DNA of 64,000 nucleotides, from positions 24,064 through 88,063 of the forward strand of contig CAYHMC010000005.1 of NCBI GenBank assembly GCA_964357615.1, in the 5' to 3' direction. The notes below the pieces were generated by a model, which was not told the origin of the DNA, did no database searches, and saw nothing but the letters and a program-made list of their open reading frames with translations. Source of the DNA: an uncultured Candidatus Saccharibacteria bacterium. Its GTDB lineage: Bacteria; Patescibacteriota; Minisyncoccia; UBA6257; JACOXY01. Shown here piece by piece: positions 52,194-61,531 of this stretch (within the stretch, counting starts at the first letter, position 1; every line of letters begins with the position of its first letter). A program made the position numbers and the translations under genes.

Positions 52194-54533
52194 ATGAACA
52201 ACTGTAATGAAAGAGATGTGCTAATATCGCTCGGTAATTCTTCACACTGCTTTAACCCTGAAGAAGTTAAGGAGTGGTTCAAAGTATCTTACGCGGATCA
52301 AAAAGAATTTGTTATTTTTACTCAAAACAGAAAGATTGTCTTTGAAAAATGGAAGAAAGATATTCCACATTTTCTTATTCCTCAACTAAATGGTATGGTT
52401 GATTTTAGTTTCAAAGACGCAATTAAGCATGAAAATAAAAAGTTTGAATTTAAAGCTTCAAAAGATAACCGTGTTTACTATTTATCGGAAAGTGAACACT
52501 CTTTACCTTATCGTTTTTTTTCCTTTACTATTATTCAAGGTGATGAAATAAAAGAGGTAATTCCCTCTAATCCTATTCTTGCAAAATGTGTTGATAAACA
52601 AGATTTTTTAAAAAACGATCTCGTCTTCAATAAAGATATTATTATTTTTTTCGTTACAAGTGTAAATCGAAAAGCTTTAGATGCTATTGAAAAGTTATTT
52701 AACGATGAATTCAAAAATACAGACCGTGCAATCCCTATACAAAAATTAAATTTAAATGTTAAGTTTATAAATGGTGTCACTCAGATCGTTAAAAAATATT
52801 TTAAAGATTACCCTGAAAGGGTATCAACTATAATTAAAAACATAAAATTTTTTATGGAAGATAAATCAACCCAACAAAGCGGAGTAACTTTTGGAAAATT
52901 TTTAGATATGAAACATATCGTTTCATTGTCTTCAAATGGGCTTCAAACAGTAAATACAGAATCGTATATGTGTGCAACAAAATCGAATATTAAAGAGCTG
53001 ATGAAAAGTAATTATTCATACGCCGTGAGAAAAGGGTCATTTAGATTGAATAGATACAAAAACTTACGACAAAACCCAGAAATACAAAACATGATTCTAC
53101 ATCCAGAACAGCAGGATCCTAACAATCCATTATTCGCAGAATATCAAGCTTTGGAAAATCAATACCAAGTCTTACTTAATAATCTTGACAACGCTGATCA
53201 TTGTCTTTATAAAGTTATTTATCACTACTGGATAGATGGGTTTGCAAAACTTATTGACGATTTCAATGTAATCAACCTGATCGAAATGCCATTACCAACT
53301 TTATTGATAAACAAGCACGATGTGTCTGTTATAACAACATATTATAAAGCTTTACCAAGTTCATTCATGGTCATCAGTGACACATACGAAGAAAGTAATG
53401 AAAACGGAATACAAGTTTTCTTAGAGACGAAAGAAAGGGAGCAGAAAGAAGAAGAAAAATTTGTTATGGTTGAAGATGAAAAAGAACGGAAGGAAAACGA
53501 AAGAACTTTTATATTGATAAATCCATTAACATATGCTCGAGCTAATATGAGTGATATTGGACCCGGAACGGTGTTTCAGATTAACGTAAAGAATTACAAT
53601 GGTGTTGAAAAGCAAGACGAGTTTATTAAAACTATTTTTGGTATAGGAATGAAAACGAAAATAAACAATACACTTATATATGAGAACGACAACAGTGTTA
53701 TACACTTCGAAAGTTTTGGTCAGGAATATAATCAAGACACATTCAACCCAGCTATATATTTGTATAAATTCAACCCTAATAATACGTTTGAATTTAATTT
53801 ATATAAAATTGCAAATTTTTATGAAGATGTTCGTGATATTGACGAAAAAGAAAATTATTACAAGTATCGTAATAAATTGGCATCTACCGATTTTATGATA
53901 GATTTTTTACAATCTGTAAGTGATGAAAGAGCAGAAAAAGATATTTTTATAAGACATTATTTGAAACAATCCACTGGTATCAAACTTAAAGATACACCAT
54001 CGAAAATTATTGTTATTGAAGATTATAAAAATAAGATCAACCTAGCAAGAGGAATTTACATATACACAACAGATGAAAAGGAAGTTAATGGTTACTTATC
54101 TAACGGGAACATAGAAGAGAAGGCGGAAACAGATGGGTATGATGATGATAAAATGATACTTTACAGAAACATGGATTTCAAGACTGATGATGGGGTTACA
54201 AGCATTCCATTTAAAATAGGAAATCATTGTTTATTGCCTGGGTTAACATTAATCATTTGTGATGATTTAATTCAAGGCAGAATTATACTTAATAAAAACA
54301 AAATTATTCCTTTATTTATTTTTTATGAAATAGAAGATGTTCAAGACGGAATTAACGATGGTGATGTTGAAAATGAAGATGCAGATGTTGATATAGAAGA
54401 GGATGAAAATGAAAGTAATGAAGGCAATGAAGGCGATGAAAGTAATGAAGGAGACGAAGGTGATGAAAGCGGAAATGAGTATGAAGGCGATGAAGGAGAC
54501 GGAAATGATGATCAGTTAATGTCAGATTTATAA
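52194..54533 (+). CDS. Paralog family A member 1 (779 aa), unknown function, poly-acidic C-terminal tail
   Basis: Conserved with the next two genes: N-terminus M..CNDKDV.IS..N.S.CF.PEEVK.WF...YADQ; ...QLNGMVDF.FKDAIKH.N.KFEFKAS; internal HYLKQSTGIKLKDTPSKIIV; C-terminal DE/GNE repeats. Start context AAAATAAAATG. Confidence 0.6.
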   Translation: MNNCNERDVLISLGNSSHCFNPEEVKEWFKVSYADQKEFVIFTQNRKIVFEKWKKDIPHFLIPQLNGMVDFSFKDAIKHENKKFEFKASKDNRVYYLSESEHSLPYRFFSFTIIQGDEIKEVIPSNPILAKCVDKQDFLKNDLVFNKDIIIFFVTSVNRKALDAIEKLFNDEFKNTDRAIPIQKLNLNVKFINGVTQIVKKYFKDYPERVSTIIKNIKFFMEDKSTQQSGVTFGKFLDMKHIVSLSSNGLQTVNTESYMCATKSNIKELMKSNYSYAVRKGSFRLNRYKNLRQNPEIQNMILHPEQQDPNNPLFAEYQALENQYQVLLNNLDNADHCLYKVIYHYWIDGFAKLIDDFNVINLIEMPLPTLLINKHDVSVITTYYKALPSSFMVISDTYEESNENGIQVFLETKEREQKEEEKFVMVEDEKERKENERTFILINPLTYARANMSDIGPGTVFQINVKNYNGVEKQDEFIKTIFGIGMKTKINNTLIYENDNSVIHFESFGQEYNQDTFNPAIYLYKFNPNNTFEFNLYKIANFYEDVRDIDEKENYYKYRNKLASTDFMIDFLQSVSDERAEKDIFIRHYLKQSTGIKLKDTPSKIIVIEDYKNKINLARGIYIYTTDEKEVNGYLSNGNIEEKAETDGYDDDKMILYRNMDFKTDDGVTSIPFKIGNHCLLPGLTLIICDDLIQGRIILNKNKIIPLFIFYEIEDVQDGINDGDVENEDADVDIEEDENESNEGNEGDESNEGDEGDESGNEYEGDEGDGNDDQLMSDL

Positions 54534-54559
54534 ATTTTTTAAAAAAATTTATAAATAAA

Positions 54560-56848
54560 ATGAGTTGCAACGACAAAGATATCTATGTTCTATACAATAA
54601 TTCTTCATACTGTTTTTCACCTGAAGAAGTGAAAATGTGGTTTGAGATACCTTATGCCAAACAAGAGAGTGGTGCTATTACTGAAAATATTAAAAAAGCT
54701 TACGAAATGTGGAAGAAAACACAACCGAGATTTCTTATTTCCCAGCTTAATGGTATGGTTGATTTTAATTTCAAAGACGCTATTAAACATGGAAATAATA
54801 AGTTTGAATTTAAAGCTTCTAACCAAGTCGAAAATTATTATTTATCTAAAGAGAAATATAACTTACCTTACCATTCCCTTTCTTTTAAAATTCTCGAAGA
54901 ACAACTTGGTCTTGAAATTAAAGAAGTTGTTCCGTCTTCTTCAATGCTTCAAAGATGCTACAGTAAAAAAGATTTATCGGGAACAACCGATATAGTATTT
55001 GACAATAACACGATTGTTTTTTATACAACGACAATCAATAAACCTGCTTGGAACGAGATTCTTGGATTTTGTGAAAATTGGTTCCAGAATCCTGGTTTAT
55101 TACTAAATATGGCTATAGAACCAGAATTTATGGGTCAACTTACAAAAATCGTTAAAAAATATTATAGCAATTATGCAAATATAGTTTGTAACATACTGAA
55201 AAATCTCAAAGTAAATATGGGCAAATACCCGAAAGATTTTACGTTTGTAAAATTTATGAGAGGAACGGATTTTAGATTTTCTTTTGTAAATGAATTACAA
55301 ACTGCTAATACGGATTCTTACAATTGTTTTTCGAAAACAGATCTTGTTAACATGATAATCAATAAATATGCGGTTAATCAAGAGTCGTTTAAATATAACA
55401 GATATATTGAACTTGAAAATAAACTACAACATCAAATCGGACTTTATCAAGCCAATCCAAACCAGGGTCATGCTTTTATTAATCATCCTTTGTTTCAAGA
55501 GTATCTCAAACTAGCTAACGAATACAGAATTTTAATTGATAAGTTGAAAGAGCATGACAAATGCTTTCACAACATTCTTTATCTTTGGATCGATGAAAGC
55601 CTAATTGAAGTTCTTAAAAATAATTTCAACACGATCAATTTAGTTGAAATGCCTTATGATGTCACGCTTTTAACAAAAGACAATTCCAATGTGAAAACTT
55701 CATTTTACAAGGCATGTCCAAGTTCACGTTATATACTTGAAAAAAATGATAACGATGTTGATAATTTAAATTTTGAAACTAATATGGTAGGTGAATATAT
55801 TTTCTTTCAAATGATGGAAGATGAAAAAGAAAGAAAACCAAACGAAAGAAAGTTTAGATTGATTAATGTTTTAACGAATAAATTTGTGGATATAAACGAT
55901 ATTGAAAACAAAACTATTTTGGAAAGTATTGTAAAAACCTTTGATTTCGGTATTGAAAAGAAAATTGAATATTATGTGCAAAGTGGAGAGATAATTGAAA
56001 CTAAAGTATTTGTCAATAACAACATGATTTGTCAGCAAGAATATGAAGATAACGAATGTGTTTTTTTTGTTTTTGGTCAAGAGTATACCATCGGGTGTTC
56101 GATTGGTATGTTTGTATACTCGTTTGACTTCAATAATATAATCAGTATGAAAAGTTTTAAGAATGGTGGAGAAGAACGTTATCGTAATATACTTGCAAAA
56201 GAAGGATTTTTTGCGGAATATGTAGACGCTGAAGAAGGCGAAGCGAGGTTGAATAAAGATATCTTTATAAAACATTATTTGACGCATTCTACTGGTATCA
56301 AACTTAAAGATACACCATCAAGAATTATAGTGTTCGATAACATGGAAAACAAAAAAAGAATTCAAAGGGGTGCGTATGTTCTTATCAGCACTTTTCTTGG
56401 AGATGATCAAGATAATTTGGAAGAATTTAAAAATCAAGATTTCGAAGATGAAATTACAAGAATTTTTTGTTCTGGGGATGAAGATATGCTTATACTCTAT
56501 AAAAATATGAATTTCAAGGGTGATGGTGGAAGCTTAGATATTCCAGTTAAAATAGGTCAACACACCATGGCAGAAGGCTTAACTTTTATAATTTGCGATG
56601 ACTTAGTTGAAGCCAAAATTCTATTTGCAACATATAAAACGCAACCAAAGTTTTTATTTTTTGAAATTGAAGAAATTCAAGACAGTATTAGGGATGAAGA
56701 TGTCGAAAATGAAGGAGAATTTATAGATGAGCACATTAATATTGGAGGCGGAGAAAATGAGAATGTAGTATTCGTTGATGACAACGAAGAACAGATTGAG
56801 GGCAACGATGAAGACGAAGAAGACGAAGACGAAGATGAAAACAATTAA
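54560..56848 (+). CDS. Paralog family A member 2 (762 aa)
   Basis: Same conserved blocks (HYLTHSTGIKLKDTPSRIIV; acidic tail DEDEEDEDEDEN). Preceded by palindrome TAAATTTTTTAAAAAAATTTA and ATAAATAAAATG. Confidence 0.6.
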   Translation: MSCNDKDIYVLYNNSSYCFSPEEVKMWFEIPYAKQESGAITENIKKAYEMWKKTQPRFLISQLNGMVDFNFKDAIKHGNNKFEFKASNQVENYYLSKEKYNLPYHSLSFKILEEQLGLEIKEVVPSSSMLQRCYSKKDLSGTTDIVFDNNTIVFYTTTINKPAWNEILGFCENWFQNPGLLLNMAIEPEFMGQLTKIVKKYYSNYANIVCNILKNLKVNMGKYPKDFTFVKFMRGTDFRFSFVNELQTANTDSYNCFSKTDLVNMIINKYAVNQESFKYNRYIELENKLQHQIGLYQANPNQGHAFINHPLFQEYLKLANEYRILIDKLKEHDKCFHNILYLWIDESLIEVLKNNFNTINLVEMPYDVTLLTKDNSNVKTSFYKACPSSRYILEKNDNDVDNLNFETNMVGEYIFFQMMEDEKERKPNERKFRLINVLTNKFVDINDIENKTILESIVKTFDFGIEKKIEYYVQSGEIIETKVFVNNNMICQQEYEDNECVFFVFGQEYTIGCSIGMFVYSFDFNNIISMKSFKNGGEERYRNILAKEGFFAEYVDAEEGEARLNKDIFIKHYLTHSTGIKLKDTPSRIIVFDNMENKKRIQRGAYVLISTFLGDDQDNLEEFKNQDFEDEITRIFCSGDEDMLILYKNMNFKGDGGSLDIPVKIGQHTMAEGLTFIICDDLVEAKILFATYKTQPKFLFFEIEEIQDSIRDEDVENEGEFIDEHINIGGGENENVVFVDDNEEQIEGNDEDEEDEDEDENN

Positions 56849-56883
56849 TTTTTCAAATTATTCTAAAAAATTTTTTAGAATAA

Positions 56884-59118
56884 ATGAGCAAGTGTAACGA
56901 TAAAGATGTTATGATATCTTACGAAAATAAGACTTATTGTTTTTCACCAGAAGACGTGAAAGAGTGGTTTGAGATACCTTATGCCGATCAGAAAGGTGAA
57001 ATAAGTTCACTTTCGGAAAATAAAAAAAATGTTTTTGAGACATGGAAGAAAACACAACCAAAATTTCTTATTTCCCAGCTTGATGGTATGGTTGATTTTA
57101 ATTTCAAAGATATGATCAAAAATGGTGTGAACAAATTTGTTATTAACCGGTCTTCAAAGTCATATTTCTACTTGAACGAAAGTCAATATAACATACCGTA
57201 TCTCATGTTTGATTTTGATGAGATTAAAAATAACGAAGAAAAAGAAAAAGAAATAAAAGAAAGAATTCCGTCTTTCTCAATGCTTGAGAAATGTTATAAC
57301 AAAAAAGATTTATTAGAAAACGATATTGTGTTTGACAATAACACGATTGTTTTCTTTATTACGAAAATCCATCGTCAAGCTTTACGTGAGGTTGAAAATT
57401 TATTGGAAGAATGGATTAATAAAAATATGTTTTTTTATTTATATTTAGAAGAACTTGAATTTAAACCTATGATTACGAGTGAACTTTCTCTTATTGTTAA
57501 AAAATATTTCAAAGATTACGTTACAAGAGCATCAGCTATAATCAGAAATTTTAAGATGTTAACGAGTAACTCCAACTTTGTAAAGAAGACACTAACTGTC
57601 TCAAATTTTTTAAAATCTGGTGATATGAAATCTTTAATCGCAACTGAGCTTCAGATTGTAGATATCGATTCCTACAACTGTATTACAATATCAGATATCA
57701 ATAGAATAATGAAAGAAGAATATAGGGTAAATCAAGGTTCGTTTAATTATTATAGATATTTGCATCTTGAAAATACGTTGCAAGATGAAATTAAAAATTA
57801 CAATGATGGTGTAAATATTTTTCAATTTGATGATAATCCTTTATTCAAGGAGTATGTGGAATTACTGGAAGAATATAGAAGACTTGAAAGTATGTTAACT
57901 GATAAAAAAAGTGTTCGTTTCTGTAAACTTTTATATTATTGGATTGAAGACTTGGACAGTGTCATTAGAAATAAATTTAATACAATCAACCTTGTTGAGA
58001 TGCCTAATAACGTGATTTTATTTGGTAAGCAAAAAACCGATTTCAAAACGATATATTACAAAGCATGTCCAAGTTCACGTCTTATGATTTCAAACGAAAA
58101 TGATAATTTTCAAATGAAAGATACGTTTAATATCTTTGTTTTGATTGAAGATGAAAAACAAAGAAACGAAGATGAAAAGATGTTTAGATTATTTAACACA
58201 TCTACAAATCAGTTTGTAAAATATAGAGAAGAGGAAGATAATATTGAAGGTGGTATGATGGTAGAAATGAAAATAAAATATTTTAATTTCGGTATTGAAA
58301 AGAAAGATGAATTCTTTAAAATTCCAGATCCTAAAAATGATCGCCTAGGATTTGGAATGAAAACATTAGTAAATAATAAAATGATATATGAAAACAGTCG
58401 TAAACCCGTATTTTCTGTTTTTGGAAAGGAATATATTATTGACACTTACAAGGCCATATATGTGTATTCGTTCGATGCAAATAATATCATTGATCTGAAA
58501 GTTTTCAAAACCGAAAACGACTATTACGATCGTGAAAATTATGATAGAGATCACAATGAGTTGGCTGGCGAAGATGAATTTATGGCTGAATATTTAGAAT
58601 CTGAAGGCAAAGAAAGAGTTGAAAAAGATCTTTATATAAGAAATTATCTAAACGATATCACTGGTGTAAAACTCAAAGATACACCAACCAAATTGTTGAC
58701 TGGGCTTTTTGAAGATGGAATGACTGTACCAAAAGGTGTTTATATATACGTGAATGGCAACGATATGGAAGATGAAAGTCACATAACATCTGATATTGAA
58801 CGTGATGTAGAAACAAATGGATCTGACAATGATATACTATTACTTTATAGAAATATGGATTTTCAAGGTGATGGTGGGATTGTGAGTATTCCTGTTAAAA
58901 TAGGAAATCACAACCTCGAAAGCGGGGTAACTTTAATTATTTGTGATGACTTAGTTGAATTCAAATTTGCATTCAGTGCTGGAGGTAATTTAATGCCAAA
59001 ATTTGTCTATTATGAAATAGAAGATGTTCAAGACAGTCTTAAAGACGAAAGCGAGGACGAAGACAGAAGTGAAAATGAAGACGAAGACAGAAGTGAAAAT
59101 GAAGACAATGATATTTAA
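56884..59118 (+). CDS. Paralog family A member 3 (744 aa)
   Basis: Same conserved blocks (NYLNDITGVKLKDTPTKLL; acidic tail with 24-bp direct repeats). Preceded by perfect palindrome ATTCTAAAAAATTTTTTAGAAT and TAAATG. Confidence 0.6.
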   Translation: MSKCNDKDVMISYENKTYCFSPEDVKEWFEIPYADQKGEISSLSENKKNVFETWKKTQPKFLISQLDGMVDFNFKDMIKNGVNKFVINRSSKSYFYLNESQYNIPYLMFDFDEIKNNEEKEKEIKERIPSFSMLEKCYNKKDLLENDIVFDNNTIVFFITKIHRQALREVENLLEEWINKNMFFYLYLEELEFKPMITSELSLIVKKYFKDYVTRASAIIRNFKMLTSNSNFVKKTLTVSNFLKSGDMKSLIATELQIVDIDSYNCITISDINRIMKEEYRVNQGSFNYYRYLHLENTLQDEIKNYNDGVNIFQFDDNPLFKEYVELLEEYRRLESMLTDKKSVRFCKLLYYWIEDLDSVIRNKFNTINLVEMPNNVILFGKQKTDFKTIYYKACPSSRLMISNENDNFQMKDTFNIFVLIEDEKQRNEDEKMFRLFNTSTNQFVKYREEEDNIEGGMMVEMKIKYFNFGIEKKDEFFKIPDPKNDRLGFGMKTLVNNKMIYENSRKPVFSVFGKEYIIDTYKAIYVYSFDANNIIDLKVFKTENDYYDRENYDRDHNELAGEDEFMAEYLESEGKERVEKDLYIRNYLNDITGVKLKDTPTKLLTGLFEDGMTVPKGVYIYVNGNDMEDESHITSDIERDVETNGSDNDILLLYRNMDFQGDGGIVSIPVKIGNHNLESGVTLIICDDLVEFKFAFSAGGNLMPKFVYYEIEDVQDSLKDESEDEDRSENEDEDRSENEDNDI

Positions 59119-59143
59119 ATTTAAATCGGGTAGATTTAAATTT
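59117..59143. terminator. Hairpin AAATTTAAATC-gggta-GATTTAAATTT (11-bp stem) starting at the stop codon of 56884..59118
   Basis: Inverted repeat read from the sequence; first of two consecutive hairpins between convergent genes. Confidence 0.5.
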
Positions 59144-59147
59144 TAAA

Positions 59148-59185
59148 AAATGTAAAGCACGTTCAATTGAACGTGCTTTACATTT
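59148..59185. terminator. Perfect 38-nt palindrome AAATGTAAAGCACGTTCAATTGAACGTGCTTTACATTT (19-bp stem)
   Basis: Sits between convergent genes 56884..59118 (+) and 59199..60044 (-), 13 nt from the latter's stop. Candidate bidirectional terminator. Confidence 0.55.
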
Positions 59186-59198
59186 TTAATTAGTTTTT

Positions 59199-60044
59199 TT
59201 ATTCAAAAATCATATCCACTTCAACACCATTCAAAAAAATCTCTTTATTGAAGATAGTTCCATCCGCGTTATAATTAATACAAGCTGGATTTGTATCACC
59301 ATTTTCATTCCTTGTTTCTCTGTGACATTTGTCGTTTTGCCACCATTCTTCACGCTTCTTATTGCCGTTTTTAAAATAATACTCCATTGTAGGTAAATCA
59401 TCGTTTCTATACAATTTTCCATTCAAATACCACATTTTTAATACTTCACCATCATCGCTACGATGTATCATGGCCGGCCCATTCCGTGGGTCTCTGTGAT
59501 TTTTATTGTTTTTACACCATTTTTCCTGTTTCACATCTCCGTTTTCTTCGAAATACACAAACACTGGAAGATCGGCATCTCTGTGGCATTCACCGTTTTG
59601 ATACCAACTTTCATATTGTTTGTTACCGTTCTTGTAATATGCTTTACAAGCCGGCGAAGCATCCCTGTGCATTTTTCCATTTTGATACCATACTTCACGT
59701 TCGATTCTTCCGTTTTTATAAAACTCAGTTACAGCTGGAAGATCGCCGTCTCTATGCATTTTTTTATTTTTGTAGAAAACTTCACGTTCCTTATTTCCAT
59801 TTTTATAATACACGATCAAATCAGGAAGCTTTTCATCATCGTGCTTTTCGTGCTTCGCTTTGTATTTGGTCCAATTTTCATACTTTTTTCCGTTTTTGTA
59901 AAAGACGATAACGTCTTTTTTCTCATTCTTAATTTCTTTCGGTTCTTCTCGTTTTCGTTTACGATTACAACGGTTCACTTCAGTAATCTCATTATTAGGC
60001 ATAACACCTCGTTTAACTTCAGTCATTCCATTCAAATTCATCAT
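59199..60044 (-). CDS. MORN-repeat protein (~281 aa)
   Basis: Repeats (V/F)(Y/F)YKNG..ERE.WYQNGK.HRD.DLPA. Track start 60059 is a TTG; the likely ATG is ~60044 (MMNLNGMTEV). Class-1 motif upstream (60050..60090). Confidence 0.75.
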   Translation of the reverse strand: MMNLNGMTEVKRGVMPNNEITEVNRCNRKRKREEPKEIKNEKKDVIVFYKNGKKYENWTKYKAKHEKHDDEKLPDLIVYYKNGNKEREVFYKNKKMHRDGDLPAVTEFYKNGRIEREVWYQNGKMHRDASPACKAYYKNGNKQYESWYQNGECHRDADLPVFVYFEENGDVKQEKWCKNNKNHRDPRNGPAMIHRSDDGEVLKMWYLNGKLYRNDDLPTMEYYFKNGNKKREEWWQNDKCHRETRNENGDTNPACINYNADGTIFNKEIFLNGVEVDMIFE

Positions 60045-60083
60045 TTTGATTTTTTTCAAAAAAATTTTTTAAAATCATTTTTT

Positions 60084-61472
60084 TTACAAGTAAATTTTAA
60101 TGACGTTTTTGTTTTCTTTTCTACATTTTGGACAAGTAAGATTGTTTATACTTGTATAACATTCATTGCAATAAACGAGATGACCACAATTTATAAGGGC
60201 AATTGATGGTTGATTAATAAGACAAATAACACATGTTGGTATACTTTTAGCTTCTTGAATAATTGGTTGTTCATACTCAAAACCATGTTGTTTACAAAGA
60301 TTAATACAGTCTTTATCGATAGGTTGAACAAAACCGTTTTTTAAAAATCCTTTTACAGTCAAATTATCCCTTGATTTAAATACCATAAATGTTGGATTGT
60401 GATAGTATACATTGTTCTTTTTCGAATACATAATTCCTTCGAAGAATGGACAATTCGAAATTGACTTTTCGATGTTGATAGGCAGATCATTTTCTGAAAA
60501 TTTAAGCACCAAACAGCCATCGCATTCAATTGCCATTAAGTTTCCGGGAATCTTAGGAAACCTACTTAACATACAATCACGGACGACCAGCGATTCAAGA
60601 CTCAAAGGAAGTTTTGGAATTTCAAGTAGTTTATCGTTTAAATTCATGATCAAATTGACAAGATTTTTTGGAAAGCTTTCAATGTGTTCAAGATCGCAAC
60701 AATTAGCCAAGTCTAAAGTTATCAAATCTCCCAAATGACTTAGTTTTCCTAGTTTTTTGATTGGTGTTTGGACGATGGTTAATTCTTGTAAAATTACAGG
60801 AAGATTTGGTAAATAAGTAATTTGAGTTCCACTACAGTTCAATACCAATAAACTTTTTGGAAGTTGTGGTAACGTTTTAATTGCTGTTTGTTCACAATGT
60901 AAATACAATAAATGTTCTGGTAGCTTTGGTAACTCTTTTATTTCGGTTGAAGAGCAATCCAATTCTGTCAACCCATTCGGAAGTTCAGGTAACCTTTCGA
61001 CTGGAGTGATTGAACATTTTAGACATTCAAGGGTTTTTGGAAGGTGCTTTATTTCTTTTACGTTTGTGTAACAAAAATTTAGATAAACCAGGTTTTCAGG
61101 AAGAATTGGAAGTTCTTCAATTTGTTCACAGTGATGTATGTCTAAACGAGTTAGACTTTTCGGTAATTTTGGAAGTTTTTTAAGAGATTGTGACTCGGTA
61201 AAACTTAAAAAAATTAATTGGTCTGGTAACTCTGGGATACGTTCAACTTCTGTTTTGTTGCATTCAAGATACACCAACGATTTTGGAATGGTTGGAAAAT
61301 TTCCAAGAGTTACTTTGTTGAACAACAATCGTTCAAGTGTATCTGGTAATTTTGGAAGATTTTTCAGTTCACAGTTTTCGAGATGTAAAGTTTTAAGTGT
61401 TTTCGGAAATACGAAAGGAATCTCGTTTCTGAACAAGTATAATTCAACGATTTCTTTGCTTTCAGTTGTCAT
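60084..61472 (-). CDS. LPX-type leucine-rich-repeat protein with C-terminal RING finger (462 aa), putative E3 ubiquitin ligase
   Basis: About 13 repeats of ~20-22 aa of the form LP(K/E)LP..L..L.C..T.I.., as in bacterial IpaH/SspH LPX-LRRs. C-terminal CVICLINQPSIALINCGHLVYCNECYTSINNLTCPKCRK is RING-HC. Class-1 motif upstream (61480..61520). Confidence 0.7.
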   Translation of the reverse strand: MTTESKEIVELYLFRNEIPFVFPKTLKTLHLENCELKNLPKLPDTLERLLFNKVTLGNFPTIPKSLVYLECNKTEVERIPELPDQLIFLSFTESQSLKKLPKLPKSLTRLDIHHCEQIEELPILPENLVYLNFCYTNVKEIKHLPKTLECLKCSITPVERLPELPNGLTELDCSSTEIKELPKLPEHLLYLHCEQTAIKTLPQLPKSLLVLNCSGTQITYLPNLPVILQELTIVQTPIKKLGKLSHLGDLITLDLANCCDLEHIESFPKNLVNLIMNLNDKLLEIPKLPLSLESLVVRDCMLSRFPKIPGNLMAIECDGCLVLKFSENDLPINIEKSISNCPFFEGIMYSKKNNVYYHNPTFMVFKSRDNLTVKGFLKNGFVQPIDKDCINLCKQHGFEYEQPIIQEAKSIPTCVICLINQPSIALINCGHLVYCNECYTSINNLTCPKCRKENKNVIKIYL

Positions 61473-61531
61473 TTTAAATTTTAAAAATTTAAAAAATTTT
61501 TAAAATCATTTTTATTTTTTTGTTAACACAA

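Noticed and set aside
59463-60206. Long plus-strand ORFs (247 and 141 aa) antisense to the MORN gene 59199..60044, and similar antisense ORFs at 3870-4529, 40190-40501 and 61720-62383
   Set aside because: Shadow ORFs typical of repeat-rich AT-biased coding DNA. Their products are low-complexity F/I/L-rich sequences and they lack upstream motifs. The MORN-encoding strand carries the promoter motif.
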